Source: Desulfosoma sp. (GTDB lineage: Bacteria > Desulfobacterota > Syntrophobacteria > Syntrophobacterales > DSM-9756). Taken from it: a DNA stretch of 64,000 nt. Under the pieces are notes generated by a model that saw only the letters and a list, made by a program, of their open reading frames with translations, made no database searches and was not told where the DNA came from. The stretch is taken from NCBI GenBank assembly GCA_037481875.1, contig JBBFKY010000001.1, positions 285,782-349,781 on the forward strand, read 5' to 3'. The position numbers and the translations under genes are program-made. Positions within the stretch are counted from its first letter, which is position 1. The number at the start of each line of letters is the position of its first letter. Of the stretch, positions 62,201 to 64,000 are shown one piece after another.

Positions 62201-63277
62201 GTGGGAGTGTCCTTCATTCGCAAGACGATGCCCGGCCCGACGTCGGGGTCGACGGTTTCGGCAGAGCAGGCTGCCACATTGGCTCGATCCATGGGGCAGA
62301 GGCTTTTTGAAAATGTTCTGCGAGAAGCGGAACAAGGTGAGCAAGGAACCGGTCAGCCTGCAAGCGAAGAAATGAGCCTCATGCAGGCGCCGACTCAGGG
62401 ACGAGGCTTGGAACGTGTGCGAACGGAATTCCAGAATGCGGATCCATCCAGTCTGCAGGCCATGATCACGGCGGCATACATCAAGGCTTCCGCTTTGGGA
62501 TCGGGATCGCCTACCTGGAAAGATCTTGGTTCCGCGGGGATTCGGTTTTCCCGTGCAGGCGTCTCGTCTTTAGGAACGCAAGATATTTCCACCTTACAAG
62601 AAGGCCCAGCAACGCAAAAATCACCGCCATCTTCAGGTCACGACGATCTAGGTTTTTTATCCGCTCGGTTCGAATCCGGAAAAGCAGGGGTGGAAGCCAT
62701 CGGGTATGATCCTGGAGGCGGAACATCTTACGGCATTTACCAGATTGCTTCCAAGCCCGGAACCATGGCGCGATTTCTCGATTTCCTGGAAGATCATGAG
62801 CCTCAATGGGCCAAGCGGCTTCGAGCGGCCGGACCCGCCGATACGGGAAGCACGCAAGGGAGGATGCCTCAAGTTTGGAAAGCCATCGCTAAAGAAAACC
62901 CGCAGCGTTTTGCAGCGCTTCAGCAGGCTTTTATTCGCGAGACCCATTACGAGCCTGCACGGCTGGCCATTGTGGAAGCCACCGGAATTGATGTGAACAG
63001 GGCCTCGCGAGCGGTTCAAGAAGTTTTGTGGAGCACGGCCGTGCAGCATGGGCCGGGACGAGCTGCTGACATGTTTATTCGGGCTTTGGGCCGTCAGGGA
63101 GGGCGTGAAGGTTCCGTGAATGAAGCGGCCCTCATTCAGTCGGTGTATGGGGATCGAGGCCGAATGGGTCGAGCGTTTTGGGGTTCTTTACGGGAAGCTC
63201 TTCTGGGCCGTTTTCAAGAAGAAAAAGCCATAGCCCTGGCTATGCTCAAGGATGCCGGGAAAGACAACGTCGCCTAA
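62201..63277 (+). CDS. Protein with a C-terminal VgrG3-C-like lysozyme-fold peptidoglycan hydrolase domain
   Basis: LSARFESG...IGYDPGGGTSYGIYQIAS..GTM..FL..L, W..IA..NP..F...Q..FI..THY, EVLWSTAVQHG; GTG 62201 with AGGAGG RBS. Confidence 0.7.
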   Translation: MGVSFIRKTMPGPTSGSTVSAEQAATLARSMGQRLFENVLREAEQGEQGTGQPASEEMSLMQAPTQGRGLERVRTEFQNADPSSLQAMITAAYIKASALGSGSPTWKDLGSAGIRFSRAGVSSLGTQDISTLQEGPATQKSPPSSGHDDLGFLSARFESGKAGVEAIGYDPGGGTSYGIYQIASKPGTMARFLDFLEDHEPQWAKRLRAAGPADTGSTQGRMPQVWKAIAKENPQRFAALQQAFIRETHYEPARLAIVEATGIDVNRASRAVQEVLWSTAVQHGPGRAADMFIRALGRQGGREGSVNEAALIQSVYGDRGRMGRAFWGSLREALLGRFQEEKAIALAMLKDAGKDNVA

Positions 63278-63427
63278 AAGCCCGCCTGAGAATTCTTCAG
63301 ACCAGTTCATGATAGATTGAATGGAGGGGAAGGCGCCGCCTCGCCCCGATCACCTTGAAACGGGATTCCTTAGAGCAGCCCATGTTGAATTCTCAGTTAG
63401 TCCTTAAAGATAAAAAACCTCCAGGAG

Positions 63428-63452
63428 GAGGGCCGGTTTTCAGCCGGCCCTC
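63428..63452 (-). terminator. Hairpin downstream of the acyl-CoA ligase gene
   Basis: GAGGGCCGG/CCGGCCCTC 9-bp stem, with a T-tract about 12 nt further along the minus strand. Confidence 0.5.
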
Positions 63453-63462
63453 TGAGTCCTGA

Positions 63463-64000
63463 TCAGGAAGCCAGTTCCGGAAGGTTTTTGTAGTATTCAA
63501 GGGCTTCGGGGTTGGCCAAAGCGTCTTTGTTTTTCACTTCCTGGTTGTGAATGACCTTGCGGACCGCCAGTTCCACTTTTTTCCCGCTGATGGTGTAAGG
63601 AATGTCCGGAACGGCAATGATCTTTGCGGGCACATGGCGCGGTGTCGTATTGATGCGAATGGCCGTTTTGATGCGGTTGATGAGGTCTTCGTCCAGCGTG
63701 CATCCGTCTCGAAGTTTTACAAACAAAATGACACGGACATCATTGTCCCAATCTTGGCCTACCACAAGGCTGTCCAGAACTTCCGGAATGGTTTCCACCT
63801 GACGATAGATTTCGGCCGTTCCAATGCGGACCCCGCCGGGATTCAGGGTGGCGTCCGAACGACCGTAAATGATGACGCCGCCGTGCTCCGTAATTTCAAT
63901 GAAGTCTCCATGATGCCAAACGCCCGGAAAAGTGGAAAAGTAGGCGTCATGATACTTTTGGCCGTCGGGATCGTTCCAGAAATAGATGGGCATGGACGGT
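63463..64000 (-). CDS. Acetoacetate--CoA ligase, 3' part (truncated by window edge)
   Basis: [57 protein letters not shown]. Confidence 0.88.
   Translation of the reverse strand, partial: PSMPIYFWNDPDGQKYHDAYFSTFPGVWHHGDFIEITEHGGVIIYGRSDATLNPGGVRIGTAEIYRQVETIPEVLDSLVVGQDWDNDVRVILFVKLRDGCTLDEDLINRIKTAIRINTTPRHVPAKIIAVPDIPYTISGKKVELAVRKVIHNQEVKNKDALANPEALEYYKNLPELAS

Overview
64 kb of chromosome from what is most likely a sulfate-reducing or syntrophic Desulfobacterota (inferred from gene content and style). 0-35 kb: a dense signalling and anion-transport island. It holds 6 histidine kinases, 6 stand-alone receiver proteins, 2 sigma54 activators (one membrane-anchored with no receiver), 2 paralogous PEP-synthase-like proteins with a non-canonical C-terminus, 2 TauE/SafE permeases with accessory membrane proteins, a DASS/SLC13 permease, PiT plus DUF47, CBS proteins and a cNMP-binding protein, with at least four -24/-12 sigma54-type promoters. 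From recall, part of it is syntenic with Desulfovibrio vulgaris DVU0146-0152. 35-57 kb: mostly housekeeping (Pat-like acetyltransferase, DHH-CBS protein, cysS-ispF-ispD, RNase P RNA, ruvCAB, yebC, rlmE, bacterioferritin, acnA, tRNA-Leu(UAA)). 57-60.6 kb: an accessory patch with a pilin-like fragment, an M28 peptidase, a cluster of GTAG-type REP elements bracketing a coiled-coil gene, a 14-bp tandem array and an IS1634-like remnant. The window ends with fumC, a stand-alone VgrG3-C-like muramidase and the 3' end of an acetoacetate-CoA ligase. No CRISPR array, rRNA or prophage was seen. All product calls come from motif recognition by eye; no database search was run.
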